A DNA stretch of 64,000 nucleotides, taken from contig CAZUFC010000010.1 in NCBI GenBank assembly GCA_964619725.1, positions 55,468-119,467 of the forward strand, given 5' to 3'. The stretch is from an uncultured bacterium. GTDB lineage: Bacteria; CSSED10-310; CAZUFC01. Shown in pieces: positions 8,783-17,068 of this stretch. The notes beneath the pieces were generated by a model. It was not told the DNA's origin. It was given only the letters and a program-made list of their open reading frames with translations, and did no database searches. Each line of letters opens with the position of its first letter. The stretch's first letter is position 1. Position numbers and translations under genes: made by a program.

Positions 8783-10462
8783 TTATCCCGGATATTGCCT
8801 GCGAGATTCGTCCAGTTTATGGAAACCCTTCAACAAAAGCATGTCGTTTGGCGTGAATATATTTTTGACCGGCGGCGGAACATTGGGATGTATTGTGAAT
8901 TCGCCGTCTTCCCAGTTCATTATGTGATAAAATGCTTCTTCGCCGTCCAGGTCTCCATAAGCAGCGCTGACTATCTGGCCGTCTTCCAGGTAAATTTTGG
9001 CGTTTTCGCTGTCCCGGGAAAGTTCCACCATCGCCGACCTGTTGCCGGCTCCCAATACCTGAATTATTTCCAGCAGTCCCATTTCCAGCAGAGACCCCGT
9101 TACGCCCCTGCGTTCCCTAAGAGTCAAACCCTGTTCCGGCGCGCTTCTCAGCAGTATTCTTTGCAATTTTAAAACCAGCACATCCAGGTTGTAGGGTTTG
9201 AGGATATAATCCTCGGCACCTGTCCTTAAGGCTCTGGCTATGTAAGAGGAGTCATTCTTGGCCGACAGGAATACGAAAGGTATTCCTCTCGTTTCCTTGC
9301 TCTTTTTCAGATACTCCAGGAATTGAAATCCATCCATTTCGGAATAATCAACTTCAGAAATAATGAGGTCCGGGTTCTTCTCTTTAATAAAATCCAGCGC
9401 CTGTTTCACATCCGACGAAGCGATAACGCGGTATCCCTCATCCCTCAATCTCAATTTCAACAAGTCATCTTTGCTTGATTCGTCCACAATAAGTATCTGT
9501 TCTTTCGATTCACTGCGATCATCTCTCATCAACTCCTGTTTTAATATTTCCAGAAAAGCCTTGACTATTTCCGGATCGAACGCGCTGCCGGCATTCATCT
9601 GTAACTGAGCCATCGCATTGACGCGCTTTAACGGCTTCCGGTTCCTGGCGCCCCTGATCATATGCACATAAACGTCCGCCACTGATATGATTCGTGATCC
9701 GACAGGTATTTCCTTTTCTTTCAATCCGTCGGGGTATCCCTTACCGTCATACCGTTCCCTCAATCGATGAATTATAGTTCTGATCTCTTCCTCATGCAGA
9801 AGCGTTTTATAAAAATCCTGCTGATTGATCGGAATGGCTTGCTTAGAACTTGTTGAACCGATCTCCTCCATTTTTCTTAAAAAATCACCGGCCAATCTGG
9901 GTAAATCATGAAAATATCCCGCTATTTTGATCGTTTCGCAATCCTTTGACGACAGACTAAGTTTGTCTGCTAATTTCCCGGAATACTCGCCAATAAGTCT
10001 CGAATGTCCCACGTTAGGCGCTGACACCGATTCCAGAAGTGAAATCATCAGACTTAAACTCTCCGAATAAACCATATGAATTTTCTGATAATCCTCATCA
10101 GCCTTATGGGAAAGTATGGCTGAACCGAAGTCTTTTATTATTCTCAAATCGATAGAAACGCCTGACTTGTCGATCTGATCCTTCAAAATAAGTCCGTCAG
10201 CCGTCATTCCTTCACTGATGATCAATACGTCGTAGTCCCCCGTACTGCACAATTCCATCGCCTGCTCTTTGTCCTGAACCACCGTGACTTTATAACCTTC
10301 ATTATTCAATACCGTATGAACGGCATCCCCTATAACTTTGTTTCGCTCCAGTATGATAACCTTCTGATAATGCTGGAGTATGAAATCCGTCATTTTGAGG
10401 GGAAAGGCATCCTCGTCATCATAAATTTCCTGGTGTTCTTTTTTTTCTTCTGAAGGTTCCAT
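8783..10462 (-). CDS. REC-like / HD-GYP-like / REC-like / DUF4388 (PATAN) signalling protein
   Basis: GHS, FHD, ERYDGKGYPDGL, SRIISVADVY; C-terminal GVTGSLLEMGLLEIIQVL...GEEAFYHIMNWEDGEF typical of DUF4388. Confidence 0.85.
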   Translation of the reverse strand: MEPSEEKKEHQEIYDDEDAFPLKMTDFILQHYQKVIILERNKVIGDAVHTVLNNEGYKVTVVQDKEQAMELCSTGDYDVLIISEGMTADGLILKDQIDKSGVSIDLRIIKDFGSAILSHKADEDYQKIHMVYSESLSLMISLLESVSAPNVGHSRLIGEYSGKLADKLSLSSKDCETIKIAGYFHDLPRLAGDFLRKMEEIGSTSSKQAIPINQQDFYKTLLHEEEIRTIIHRLRERYDGKGYPDGLKEKEIPVGSRIISVADVYVHMIRGARNRKPLKRVNAMAQLQMNAGSAFDPEIVKAFLEILKQELMRDDRSESKEQILIVDESSKDDLLKLRLRDEGYRVIASSDVKQALDFIKEKNPDLIISEVDYSEMDGFQFLEYLKKSKETRGIPFVFLSAKNDSSYIARALRTGAEDYILKPYNLDVLVLKLQRILLRSAPEQGLTLRERRGVTGSLLEMGLLEIIQVLGAGNRSAMVELSRDSENAKIYLEDGQIVSAAYGDLDGEEAFYHIMNWEDGEFTIHPNVPPPVKNIFTPNDMLLLKGFHKLDESRRQYPG

Positions 10463-10542
10463 TGAATCATATCCTGAAATTCTTATTCAAAAAACATCGC
10501 CCTTCATTCATTTTATATCGTATAACCGAAAAAACAGCAAAT

Positions 10543-10570
10543 AAAAAGAATCCCCGCCAGAGGCGGGGAA
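10543..10570 (-). terminator. Intrinsic terminator downstream of carD
   Basis: TCCCCGCC-AGA-GGCGGGGA hairpin (10551-10569) followed on the minus strand by TTCTTTTT. Confidence 0.8.
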
Positions 10571-10605
10571 ACTTCAACCCAACCTGAATGAAATGTCAAT
10601 AAGAT

Positions 10606-11133
10606 TTAATGAGTTGCGACCAAATCCTTAATGGGGATATAGGTATTGGCCCGGTCTCCCGAAAGCAACCCGTTTACCCAATCTTCAACTTCTCTCTCTT
10701 TAGCGGAAATTGCATATGCAATTTCACTGATTATTAAACTCCTGGCATTTTCCATCATCCTGGTTTCTTTTATCGCCAAATTCTTACGCCGGTTCAATGC
10801 CGCCAGGTCCCGGACGACCTCAGCCGCCTGAAAGATGGAGCCGCTTTTCAATTTCTCAATGTTATCACCGTAACGATGATGCCATTGAGTATGCTTCGCA
10901 TCTGCAGGTTGACTCAATATCCTGAATACTTTCTCTACATCCTTTTCACGGATTACCGATCTCAAACCTATTTTTTCTTCATTTTTCGTCGGTACCATCA
11001 CAGAAAGATTTTTCTTCAAAATCTTCAAAATATAAAAATCTTCTTCTTGCCCTCCGATTTTTTTCGATTCAATCGAATCGATTTGAGCAAGGCCGTGAGC
11101 AGGATAAACAACCGAATCGCCGACTTTAAACAA
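10606..11133 (-). CDS. carD: CarD/CdnL family RNA polymerase-binding transcription factor
   Basis: FKVGDSVVYPAHG, W..RY..N.EKLKSG, AEVVRDL; TTG start with AAGGAAGG RBS. Confidence 0.93.
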   Translation of the reverse strand: MFKVGDSVVYPAHGLAQIDSIESKKIGGQEEDFYILKILKKNLSVMVPTKNEEKIGLRSVIREKDVEKVFRILSQPADAKHTQWHHRYGDNIEKLKSGSIFQAAEVVRDLAALNRRKNLAIKETRMMENARSLIISEIAYAISAKEREVEDWVNGLLSGDRANTYIPIKDLVATH

Positions 11134-11181
11134 TTTCCATCACCTTCCTTTAGGTTAGCAGGCAAATTGCACTTTCATTAA

Positions 11182-11197
11182 AGCAACAATCGTGCCG
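11182..11197 (-). promoter_or_regulatory. Sigma-54 (-24/-12) promoter of carD
   Basis: Minus strand CGGCACGATTGTTGCT matches the TGGCACG-N4-TTGC consensus with exact GG-N10-GC spacing, ~50 nt before the start codon. Confidence 0.7.
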
Positions 11198-11358
11198 AAG
11201 TAAAAGCAATTCCGTTTTATTTTTTTTTGCATTTTGTTTCTAATAAGTTACGGTAGTGTGTTAATTTTTTTCGCGCAATTTTTTGAACATCAGGACTCAC
11301 AAACCATGCAATTTTTGCATTTTGTCTGGATGAACGCTTCATAAAATTTATCGCAATT

Positions 11359-12201
11359 TCATGCAAAATTGCGAAGCCGTTCTATACGCTCTTCAATGGG
11401 CGGATGTGTTGAAAACAATTTAAGCAAATTTTTATTGACAGCCGGTTTCACGATGAACAGGTGTGAAGTAGCCGGGTTTGCCTTTATTTGTTTATGTTCC
11501 GAGGCTCTTTGCAATTTTTGCAAAGCGTTGATTAACCCGTAAGGGTTTCCAGTAATTAAAGCGGATTCTTTATCAGCCGAGAACTCGTTTGCTCTTGAGA
11601 TGGCCATCTGTACGATAAGAGCGGCAACAGGTGCAATAATTGCCATAGCCAGTGTTCCAATTAACCCTCCGTCCCGTTCGTCGTTGCCGGCGAAACCTCC
11701 AAAAATAGCGGCGAACTGTGCCCATCGAGCGAGCATCATAACGGCTCCGGCGATAGTAGCGGCCATAGCGCCGACAAGGAGGTCCCTGTGTTTGACGTGG
11801 GCTAATTCATGAGCGAGGACGCCTTCGAGTTCGTTACGGTCGAGCAAGCTGAGCAGTCCATGCGTAACGGCGACGACGGCTTTTTGGGGATTTCTTCCAG
11901 TAGCGAAGGCATTGGGACCATCAGATGGAATAAGATAAACTTTTGGTTTTGGGATACCTGCTTTTTTGGCCAGGTTTTCGACCAAAGAGTGAACTGCGGG
12001 AGCTTGAGTTTCCGTAAGAGGTTGAGCTCTGTAGATTTTCAGCACTGCTTTATCGGAGAACCAATAAGCGCTGAAATTCATAACCATTGCGAAACAAAAA
12101 GCGACGATCATTCCTGATCGTCCTCCGATCATGCTGCCTGCAAAAATAAAAAGCCCTGTCAGGGCAGTGAGCAGGAAAGTCACCTTGAATAAGCTCTTCA
12201 T
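11359..12201 (-). CDS. htpX: Membrane zinc metalloprotease HtpX (M48)
   Basis: PNAFATGRNP, GVLAHELAH, ISRANEFSAD, LFSTHPP; probable ATG 12201 behind AGGAGG. Confidence 0.95.
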   Translation of the reverse strand: MKSLFKVTFLLTALTGLFIFAGSMIGGRSGMIVAFCFAMVMNFSAYWFSDKAVLKIYRAQPLTETQAPAVHSLVENLAKKAGIPKPKVYLIPSDGPNAFATGRNPQKAVVAVTHGLLSLLDRNELEGVLAHELAHVKHRDLLVGAMAATIAGAVMMLARWAQFAAIFGGFAGNDERDGGLIGTLAMAIIAPVAALIVQMAISRANEFSADKESALITGNPYGLINALQKLQRASEHKQIKANPATSHLFIVKPAVNKNLLKLFSTHPPIEERIERLRNFA

Positions 12202-12396
12202 TACCGCAATAAAACCTCCTTTGAAAATGTTCGGCAAGAGCAAAGGATTTTCTCACTTGTTACTATAATCATTTTCCTCCTCATCGTCAAGTTTTGACGG
12301 GGTTGACTTATGGTCCGGCTGCTGATAAAAACGGCTGCTGTGCCTATGAGGCAATGCCTGGAAGCGTCGATTTTTTTTAAATAAAAGAGGCGAAAA

Positions 12397-12939
12397 ATGC
12401 TGAAAAGAGTCACAATTTTGTTAAGGAAGCGGACAACGATTCAGGTATTAAAATTTTCGCTGATCGGAGTATGGAATACGCTTCTTGATCTGGGATTGCT
12501 GAATTTATTATGTTTTCTGACGGGGATATACAAGGGGACCTGGGTATTCATATTGAATTCAATATCTTACAGCATTGCTTCTGCGAACAGTTATATTTTA
12601 AACAAGTTCTGGACATTCGAAGACCGTGCATCCAAACGTGAAGCCGTGAAATTTTCCAAATTCATGGTCGTGAACGTTATAGGACTGCTTTTAAACTCAA
12701 CGGTAGTCTGGTCCTTGACCTATCTGATAGCGGCTCCTTTCGAAGTCCTGTTCGGTCCGGGGCTGATGCTGAATTCAGCAGTCATCTGGTCGCTTTCTTT
12801 TTATATGGAGGCGCCCTTCGGCATTCCTCCGGAGCTATGGTTGAATTTTTCAAAAATAACGGCGACTTTCGTAGTATTGGTATGGAATTTTGTAGGCTAT
12901 AAATTCCTGGTTTTTCGCAAGCCGAAGGATAGTAAATAA
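12397..12939 (+). CDS. GtrA-family small polytopic membrane protein
   Basis: LKFSLIGVWNTLLD, NSYILNKFWTF, WNFVGYKFLVF. Confidence 0.88.
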   Translation: MLKRVTILLRKRTTIQVLKFSLIGVWNTLLDLGLLNLLCFLTGIYKGTWVFILNSISYSIASANSYILNKFWTFEDRASKREAVKFSKFMVVNVIGLLLNSTVVWSLTYLIAAPFEVLFGPGLMLNSAVIWSLSFYMEAPFGIPPELWLNFSKITATFVVLVWNFVGYKFLVFRKPKDSK

Positions 12940-13182
12940 ATCCGGTCATTGTTTAAAAAGACCTTTACACGGGATATTCATCGGCGCTCTGTCCGGCGGC
13001 TGCCCATGAAACCGTTTGCCGATCTGACTGTTATAAGAGAGGAAGAAGCGGTTCGCAAGGATGGCAATCCAGCTTGGTCAGCGCCGGAATGCGCAAATCC
13101 GACGGCTGGGAGAAAAAAAGACCGGCGAGAAGTATCGCCGGTCTGAGGTGAATTTTTCCGAGAAGGACAATTCAAGTATGTA

Positions 13183-15570
13183 TCAATTTGCGAGGAAGAA
13201 TCGTTCCACGGTGAAGTTGCTTAAGGTTTCGTAGGTGTCGGGTTTGGCGGCGATAGACATGAATTGATAGGGACCGCCGGAATCGAATGAAGCGGGCAGA
13301 TCAAATTCAAGCAGGCTAATGGTCATTTCCTGTTCAGCGTTCAAGAAGATATTGAGATTGTTGATATCAGTAGTCCATGCGGGGTGCCAGAAGTAAATGC
13401 CGCAGACTTCGAGGGCCACGTAAATATCGACATGATGGCTTGAGGGGCCGTTGTCTATGCCCAGTGATAAACGGAAATGGTCTCCCGGATGGAATACGGA
13501 CTTGTTCAGATTGAGGTTCAGAACGAGATAAGCGGGGAGCGGCGAGGCAGTGGGGGTAGGAGAAGGTGTAAAAGTCGGCGTATAAGTATGGAATGGCGGC
13601 GCATCAGTAGGAGTGGCGGTAGGTTCTTCATGTGTGGGTTCGGAAGTGGGAACGGGCGTGTGAGTAAAGGTTGGAGAAGGTGTTTCCGTTACAGGAGTTT
13701 CTGTATGGGTGTATGTGGGATCGGGAGCTGTCGGAGTGGGAACGGGCGTGGGAGTTTCATAAAAGGGTGTGGGAGTCGGCTGGCCGGCGAAAGGCGCTCC
13801 GATGAGTGAGAATTCGTCGATGTTCCATCCGCCGAAATGGATGCCTGCATCTGCAACCAAATCGAATTTGAATTCTACTTCAGGATTATCGTCAGCGATA
13901 GATGAAATGGAGATATCATGCAATGTCCAGTCAGTATCGATGTGATCGGTGTCGTGGTCATTCTGCCAGACGAGCTGGTCGTTTACGAAGATACGAGCCA
14001 TATCGTACATGCTCTTCTCAACCGTAAGCCATCTTCGATAGTTCAATCGAACGTTATGGAAACCTGTACAGTCGATAATCGGCGATATAAGAACATTGAA
14101 CGCATTGGCTTTATAATTGCCGTCCCAGCCCTGGAAACCCAGGTCATTGCCCCATATGCAGTCGCCGTTGAAAGCGGAGAGAGGGTCGTATGAACTTGTG
14201 CCCACAGGCGTACCCCTCTGCCAGTCATCTTGAGTTTCTATCTGGAAGTGTGTCCAGCCATTGTCGCCGTCTTCGAATCCATCCTGGAAAATGATTGCGG
14301 TTTCTCCCACATATAAACCGAATTCGCTTTCATGTTGCCCGAAATCGGACGAAATAACGATCGTCAACGGCAAATAAGCTCCCTCCTCCATATCCGCTGG
14401 AATTACTATAGAAAAATGAGGATCAACCGAATCTCTGGTTTCATCCGGGGGAATATCGGGAAAATCAGCTTCGGGATCGGTTATCTGAAGGCCCGACATT
14501 TCGGAGGAAATAACTCCTGTTACCCCTGTAGCCGTTTCCGAACCATTGTTTACAAGCGACAATGACAGATAGACAGTTTCTCCGGGATCGGGATAACCGT
14601 CCCCATCACCCTCGGAGTCATCGGCTTCGTGACTTTCGTAAGCGAGGTTCACCGGATTGCTGGGCGTATAATAGTACTGTATGGACCCGTATCCGATGTT
14701 GCAGGATCCATATTTAATATAAGCGAAGCCATTGTCTCCCCAACCGGGTCCCCAACTGTTTTTAATTATCCAAGCGCCTGTCCCGCATACGTCGTCATCC
14801 CAACCGACTATCGTAACTCCGTGGTTGACCGACTGTGTGCCGCTGTTCTGATAGCATCCGTCCGTATAATAATAAAAATCATTATAAACCGTCATAGCGC
14901 AAGGCACAGGACCGAACTGAAGCGCCGCTTTAATGGCGTCTGTATCTGAACCGATGCTTTCCCAGCCGTCAAGAAATGCCGCAATGTCGCACTCATCCTG
15001 TATGCACGGCGGAGAATCGCTGGCCTCATACGGCATGCAACTCTCCTCTACCGCCCCAGGATTCACGAAAAGATCGGCAGCGCTCAGCCAACCGCCTCCG
15101 CATCCATAACCATAAGTGTTGCAGGATACCAATTGCTGTTCGGAAAGGTCCGGCGTCCAACCGTCGTATATCATCACGTAACTTTCTAAAGCCGCTTCTA
15201 TGCAAAACGCCCAGCAGCTTCCGCAACTACCCTGGTTCTTCACAGAACTGACTCCTCCCATTTCCCTCCAATCGAATACGCTCGGCCAAGTCACATCTGT
15301 TTTTTCCTTACCGTCGCCTACTGGCTCCACATAACCTTCCGGCGCCTTCAATCCGCATAAGGCCGCCTTCTCCTCTTCAGAAAGTATCGATACAGAAGTC
15401 TCTCCAGCCTCCCAGTCATAACCGTTACGCTCGATCTTCGCCCGTATCCGCTCCAGCTCCATATCATGCGCTTCCTTATCGAAAGGCTCCTTCGCATGAA
15501 CAGAAATAAAACCGCTGACTAAAATCACCCATGCCGTCAGCGTCATCAGTTTCCCAGCTTTGACCTTCAT
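13183..15570 (-). CDS. Secreted papain-family (C1A) cysteine protease with beta-sandwich domains, Pro/Thr linker and shared C-terminal domain
   Basis: Signal peptide; FDWR, NQGSCGSCWAF, LSEQQLVSC, NHGV, IKNSWG. Confidence 0.93.
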   Translation of the reverse strand: MKVKAGKLMTLTAWVILVSGFISVHAKEPFDKEAHDMELERIRAKIERNGYDWEAGETSVSILSEEEKAALCGLKAPEGYVEPVGDGKEKTDVTWPSVFDWREMGGVSSVKNQGSCGSCWAFCIEAALESYVMIYDGWTPDLSEQQLVSCNTYGYGCGGGWLSAADLFVNPGAVEESCMPYEASDSPPCIQDECDIAAFLDGWESIGSDTDAIKAALQFGPVPCAMTVYNDFYYYTDGCYQNSGTQSVNHGVTIVGWDDDVCGTGAWIIKNSWGPGWGDNGFAYIKYGSCNIGYGSIQYYYTPSNPVNLAYESHEADDSEGDGDGYPDPGETVYLSLSLVNNGSETATGVTGVISSEMSGLQITDPEADFPDIPPDETRDSVDPHFSIVIPADMEEGAYLPLTIVISSDFGQHESEFGLYVGETAIIFQDGFEDGDNGWTHFQIETQDDWQRGTPVGTSSYDPLSAFNGDCIWGNDLGFQGWDGNYKANAFNVLISPIIDCTGFHNVRLNYRRWLTVEKSMYDMARIFVNDQLVWQNDHDTDHIDTDWTLHDISISSIADDNPEVEFKFDLVADAGIHFGGWNIDEFSLIGAPFAGQPTPTPFYETPTPVPTPTAPDPTYTHTETPVTETPSPTFTHTPVPTSEPTHEEPTATPTDAPPFHTYTPTFTPSPTPTASPLPAYLVLNLNLNKSVFHPGDHFRLSLGIDNGPSSHHVDIYVALEVCGIYFWHPAWTTDINNLNIFLNAEQEMTISLLEFDLPASFDSGGPYQFMSIAAKPDTYETLSNFTVERFFLAN

Positions 15571-16129
15571 TGTTTTCTCCTCTCTTTTATCGAACCTGCC
15601 CCGCAGTTCATGCTTCTTTCCTCTCCGGCGTACATCCTCTCAGGATATGTCCCCCCACAAATGGGCAATATTCATGCCGAGTCATCAAAACAGGGTTTTC
15701 ATACTAAAATCATTATTATACAATAATTTAAACATAACTCTTTTATCCATTGCACTTCTTCCCTATGTCCAGATTTTAAACTCCATTTGATTCGCAGGCT
15801 TATTTTTTCGACATCAGACTTCTCATACCATAACGACGGCGCATCCGTATCCGGCGGAAGGATAAACAATGCATCAGGCTGCCACACACAAATTCAATGC
15901 ATCAAGAACGCATTTTTAAAATTTGCTTAATCCTGCTAAAATAAATAAACGACAGTCGGCGTTCAGAAATTGATCACGGCGGAGAAAAACTTTGCGGGTA
16001 GAGAATTTTAGTCGGCACAATCATGTCGATCCTCGGGCATGCCCACTCTGCTTCAATTTTGAACCCGGCCCGCAAAGAATCCGGCTGCTTAACGCACGAT
16101 TATACTCAATGCATGAAAGGGCAAGAGAA

Positions 16130-16471
16130 ATGATTGAACATTATTCCTTCGGCAGGATCAAAGTTGAAGGAGAGACCTTCAAAAACGACATCATTATTTT
16201 ACCTTCCAGAATAATTCCCAACTGGTGGAGAACAGAAGGCCATAGTCTTCATCCGGAAGATTTATCCGCCATCGAAAATACTGATATTGAAACATTTATA
16301 ATGGGTTGCGGAAAATACGGCGTTTTAAGAATCCCGGAATCAACCCGAAAATGGTTCGAGGAAAAGGATATCCATCTCATATCCGGGAAAACGGATGAGG
16401 CGGTAGAAACATTTAACCGGCTGAAGCAAGAAAAAAAGAAAATCGCTGCCGGGTTTCATCTGACCTGCTGA
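16130..16471 (+). CDS. Mth938-like (DUF498/AAMDC) domain protein
   Basis: MIEHYSFGRIKVEG, WWRTEGH, C-terminal FHLTC; true start probably ATG 16130. Confidence 0.85.
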   Translation: MIEHYSFGRIKVEGETFKNDIIILPSRIIPNWWRTEGHSLHPEDLSAIENTDIETFIMGCGKYGVLRIPESTRKWFEEKDIHLISGKTDEAVETFNRLKQEKKKIAAGFHLTC

Positions 16472-16531
16472 TCCGGGCATCTCGGTTTCGCGGCTGAAAG
16501 TTCTTTCTCGTTCAATGACGAAAACCCATTA

Positions 16532-16822
16532 TTAAAATCTCAAAATAACCAGGAGAAAACTCAAAATAACCAGCAGCGCAATTAAAGCCAAAATAAGATT
16601 TTTTGTACCTGATTTTTTGTCAGCCGACAAAATTTCCTGTACAGCGAGTTCATATTCTTCGTCAGTCATTTCCCGGGGAAGACCGAGGCGATCGAGAACG
16701 GCATCATCTGACCAGCCTGTTTGATAGTCAGAACCGCAGGCCGGACAAACCTTATCCTTTTCGGATAAATATTCGCCGCAATGAGGGCAAATTTTGATCT
16801 CGGAACGGGAAAAATTTTTCAT
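16532..16822 (-). CDS. Small zinc-ribbon protein with C-terminal transmembrane helix
   Basis: CPHCG...CPACGSD..TGW and a hydrophobic C-terminus. Confidence 0.7.
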   Translation of the reverse strand: MKNFSRSEIKICPHCGEYLSEKDKVCPACGSDYQTGWSDDAVLDRLGLPREMTDEEYELAVQEILSADKKSGTKNLILALIALLVILSFLLVILRF

Positions 16823-17068
16823 ACATGAGCCCTCCTTCCTCGATGAGCGCGCTCTTATGCATACTCAATTTTTCCGCTTTTTACAAATTTTTCCGAATAA
16901 TGGTTGACTTAAACAACGCAAATGGAGTATGTATAAGAACAGGAGCATTGAGTATGGGCTATTGAAAGGCTCTTATGCGGCCAGATTTCAAAAGGCTTAA
17001 GTGAGCTGGTTCAATAAAGACCAGGCAACAAAATCAATGAAATTTTTTTTTCAGCGGGGGGAAGCATA

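Noticed and set aside
13540-13780. Pro/Thr-coding low-complexity DNA here and at 43240-43470
   Set aside because: Protein linkers with variable codons, not DNA-level repeat elements
15571-16129. Long intergenic gaps (also 26900-27377 and 47734-48079) inspected for tRNA, riboswitch or ncRNA
   Set aside because: No T-loop/CCA pattern or riboswitch consensus recognisable by eye
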